DNA from: Malacoraja senta | Lineage: Eukaryota | Length of the DNA: 64,000 nt | Reading direction: 5' to 3' | Assembly: GCA_038087875.1 (NCBI GenBank) | Contig: CM075979.1 | Coordinates: forward strand, 37,448,001-37,512,000 | Part shown: positions 60,080 through 64,000 of the stretch, piece by piece | How the letters are laid out: the number at the start of each line of letters is the position of its first letter | How positions within the stretch are numbered: the first letter of the stretch is position 1 | Program-made: the position numbers and the translations under genes | Notes under the pieces: model-generated | Database searches by the model: none | Seen by the model: the letters and a program-made list of their open reading frames with translations, nothing else | Told to the model about the DNA's origin: nothing

Positions 60080-63000
60080 TTAGGAGGATATTGCAGATGA
60101 ATACGTGGCTTGAAAAATGGTGCAAGGGGGAGGGATTCAAATTTTTAGGGCATTGGAACCAGTTCTGGGGGAGGTGGGACCAGTACAAACAGGACGGTCT
60201 GCACCTGGGCTGGAATGGAACCAATGTCCTTGGGGGAGTGTTTGCTAGTGCTGTCGGGGAGGATTTAAACTAATATGGCAGGGGGATGGGTGCAAGAGCA
60301 GAGAGGCAGGGGGTGTAAAATGAGGGTAGAAGCAATAGGTAGCAAGGTGAAAAGTAAAAGTGGCAGGCAGACAAAACCAGGGCAAAAATCAAAAAGGGCC
60401 ACTTTTCAACATAATTGTATAAGGGGTAAGAGTGTTGAAAAGACAAGCCTGAAGGCTTTGTATCTTAATGCAAGGAGCATTCGTAATAAGGTGGATGAGT
60501 TGAATGTGCAGATAGTTATTAATGAATATGATATAGTTGGGATCACGGAGACATGGCTCCAGGGTGACCAAGGCTGGGAGCTGAACATTCAGGGATATTC
60601 AATATTCAGGAGGGATAATAATAATAATAATAGATTTTATTTATATAGCGCTTTTCAGGACTGAAAGTCGCTTTACATTGAGAGTCAAGAATAAACAAAA
60701 CAAAATAGAGCAGTAAGACAGAGATGCAAAGGGGAAGGGAACATGGGACTAAGGGTATGCAGAGGTGAAGAGATGGGTCTTGAGGCGGGACTGGAAGATG
60801 GTGAGGGACTCAGAATTTCGGACCAGTTGTGGGAGGGAATTCCAGGGCCTGGGAGCTGCCCTGGAGAAGGCTCTGCCTCCAAAAGTGCAGAGGTTTGATT
60901 TCGGAGTGGAGAGGAGACCAGCTGATGTGGATCTGAGGGACCGTGAGGGTTGGTAGGGGGAGAGGAGGTCAGTGAGATAAGGGGGGGGGCCAAGTTGTTG
61001 AGGGCTTTGTAGGTGAGGACCAGGATTTTGTAGGTGATCCGGTGGGAAATGGGAAGCCAGAGAAGTTCTTTGAGAACTGGGGTGATGTGGTGCCAGGATT
61101 TGGTGTGGGTAATGAGTCGAGCGGCTGCATTCTGGACCAGTTGGTTGATGCTGCTGGAATTGATTCCAAAGAGAAGAGAGTTACAGTAGTCCAGTCGGGA
61201 GGAGATGAAGGCATGGATGAGTCTTTCAGCAGCGGGTGGTGTGAGAGAGGATCTGATTTTGGCAATGTTGCGGAGGTGAAAAAATGATGTTTGGACAACA
61301 TGGCGGATGTGAGGCTCAAGGGAGAGGGTTGAGTCAAAGATCACGCCAAGGTTGCGTGCCTGAGGAGATGGGGAGACAGTGGTGCCGTCAATAGTGAGAG
61401 TGGGGTTGTTAATTTTAGTGAGTGTTGATTTGGAGCCAATGAGGAGAAATTCTGTTTTGCTACTGTTTAAGGAGCGACAGAAAGGAAAAGGAGGCGGGGT
61501 AGCGTTGCTGGTTAGAGAGGAGATTAACGCAATAGAAAGGAAGGACATTAGCTTGGAGGATGTGGAATCGATATGGGTAGAGCTGCGAAACACTAAGGGG
61601 CAGAAAACTCTAGTGGGAGTGGTGTACCAGCCACCTAACAGTAGTAGTGGAGTTGGGGATGGCATCAAACAGGAAATTAGAAACGCGTGCAACAAAGGTA
61701 AAACCATTATAATGGGAGACTTCAATCTACATATAGATTGGGTGAATCAAATTGGCAGGGGTGCTGAGGAAGAGGATTTCTTGGAATGTATGCGGGATAG
61801 TTTTCTAAACCAACATGTAGAAGAACCAACGAGAGAGCAGGCTATTCTAGACTGGGTATTGAGTAATGAGGAAGGGTTAGTTAGTAGTCTTGTTGTGCGT
61901 GGCCCCTTGGGCAAGAGTGACCATAATATGGTTGAGTTCTTCATTAGGATGGAGAGTGACATTGTTAATTCAGAAACAACGGTCCTGAACTTAAAGAAAG
62001 GTGACTTTGAGGGTATGAGACGTGAATTGGCCAAGATAGACAGGCCAATGATTCTTAAAGGGTTGACGGTGGATATGCAATGGAAGGCATTTAAAAACTG
62101 CATGGATGAACTACAACAAGTGTTCATCCCAGTTTGGCAAAAGAATAAATCAGGGAAGGTAGTGCATCCGTGGATAACAAGGGAAATCAGGGATAGTATC
62201 AAAACAATAGAGGAAGCCGACAAATTAGCCAGAACAAGCAGCCTACCAGAGGACTGGGAGAAATTCAGTCCAGCAGAGGAGGACTAAAGGCTTAATTAGG
62301 AAAGGGAAAATAGATTATGAAAGAAAACTGGCAGGGAACATAAAAACTGACTGCAAATGTTTTTATAGATATGTCAAGAGGAAAAGATTAGTTAAAACAA
62401 ATGTAGGTCCCTTGCAGTCAGAAACAGGCGAATTGATCATGGGGAACAAGGACATGGCAGACCAATTGAATAATTACTTTTGTTCTGTCTTCACTAAGGA
62501 AGACATAAATAATCTGCCGGAAATAGCAAGGGACCGGGGGTTAAATGAGATGGAGGAACTGAGTGAAATCCAGGTTAGCCGGGAAGTGGTGTTAGGTGAA
62601 TTGAATGGATTAAAGGCCGATAAATCCCCAGGGCCGGATAAGTTGCATCCCAGAATACTTAAGGAAGTAGCCGCAGAAATAGTGGATGCATTAGGGATAA
62701 TTTTTCAAAACTCTTTAGATTCTGGAGTAGTTCCTGAGGACTGGAGGGTAGCTAATGTAACCGCACATTTTAAAAAGGGAGGGAGAGAGAAAACGGGGAA
62801 TTACAGACCAGTTAGTCTAACATCGGTGGTGGGGAAAATTCTGGAGTCAGTTATTAAAGATGGGATAGCAGCACATTTGGAAAGTGGTGAGTTCATTGGA
62901 CAAAGTCAGCATGGATTTATGAAAGGTAAATTATGTCTGACGAATCTTATAGAATTTTTCGAGGATGTAACTAGTAGAGTGGATAAGGGAGAACCAGTGG

Positions 63001-64000
63001 ATGTGTTATATCTGGACTTTCAGAAGGCTTTCGACAAGGTCCCACATAAGAGATTAGCATACAAACTTAAACACATGGTATTGGGGGTTCAGTATTGATG
63101 TGGATAGAGAACTGGCTGGCAGACAGGAAGCAAAGAGTAGGAGTAAACGGGTCCTTTTCAGAATGGCAGGCAGTGACTAGTGGGGTACCGCAAGGCTCAG
63201 TGCTGGGACCCCAGCTATTTACAATATATATTAATGAACTGGATGAGGGAATTGAATGCAACATCTCCAAGTTTGCGGATGACACGAAGCTGGGGGGCAG
63301 TGTTAGCTGTGAGGAGGATGCTAGGAGGCTGCAAGGTGACTTGGATAGGTTGGGTGAGTGGGCAAAGGCATGGCAGATGCAGTATAATGTGGATAAATGT
63401 GAGGTTATCCACTTTGGTGGCAAAAACAGGAAAGTAGACTATTATCTGAATGGTGGCCGATTAGAAAAAGGGGAGATGCAACGAGACCTGGGTGTCATGG
63501 TACACCAGTCATTGAAAGTAGGAATGCAGGTGCAGCAGGCAGTGAAGAAAGCAAATGGTATGTTAGCATTCATAGCAAAAGGATTTGAGTATAAGAGCAG
63601 GGAGGTTCTACTGCAGTTGTACAAGGTCTTGGTGAGACCACACCTGGAGTATTGCGTACAGTTTTGGTCTCCTAATCTGAGGAAAGACATTCTTGCCATA
63701 GAGGGAGTACAGAGAAGGTTCACCAGACTGATTCCTGGGATGGCAGTACTTTGATATGAGGAAAGACTGGATAGACTCGGCTTGTACACGTTGGAATTCA
63801 GAAGACTGAGGGGGGATCTTATAGAAACTTACAAAATTCTTAAGGGGTTGGACAGGCTAGATGCAGGAAGATTATTCCCGATGTTGGGGAAGTCCAGAAC
63901 TAGGGGTCACAGTTTAAGGATAAGAGGGAAGACTTTTAGGACCGAGATGAGGAAATCATTTTTTACACAGAGAGTGGTGAATCTGTGGAATTCTCTGCCA
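60080..64000 (+). mobile_element. Long CR1 LINE (ORF1 SGNH-esterase C-terminus + ORF2 APE/RT), frameshifted, runs off the window
   Basis: WCKGEGFKFLGHW..DGLHL (ORF1); LNARSI, GITETWL, GDFN, SDH, KFADD. Confidence 0.95.
60617..61472 (-). mobile_element. L2 LINE 3' fragment inserted in CR1 ORF2
   Basis: LNSSKTEFLL, RNLGVIFDS, SRLDYCNSL, HITPVL; (TAT)n tail. Confidence 0.9.

Noticed and set aside
60685-62287. 346-aa and 302-aa ORFs as novel chimeric proteins
   Set aside because: Accidental frames crossing the L2/CR1 insertion junction

Overview
Repeat-dense vertebrate genomic DNA, most likely a cartilaginous fish (skate or ray; inferred from the CR1/HER1-like LINE tails, Penelope-like elements and Rex1-like LINEs). 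There is a 200-N assembly gap at 19826-20025. No intact host protein-coding gene is visible. About 0.4-41 kb is a stack of nested mobile elements. It includes non-autonomous Helitrons, one of which carries a captured HTRA2 exon-1/intron-1 fragment, and a decayed BEL/Pao retrotransposon holding a Penelope element, a Harbinger MITE, a Gypsy and a CR1. It also includes a probable DIRS 5' remnant, an ERV solo LTR, a young intact Gypsy (identical LTRs, 5-bp TSD) inside an older Gypsy, and a full LTR-internal-LTR provirus with a tRNA-Pro PBS and 4-bp TSD but no recognisable pol or env. The provirus 3' LTR contains a Penelope/hammerhead insertion fused to a locally templated 140-bp copy. From 41 to 64 kb the sequence is LINE-rich and intron-like, with a CpG island at ~46.1-46.45 kb (candidate host promoter or first exon), further Helitrons and DNA-transposon fossils. 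Family names come from motif recognition by eye, not database searches.
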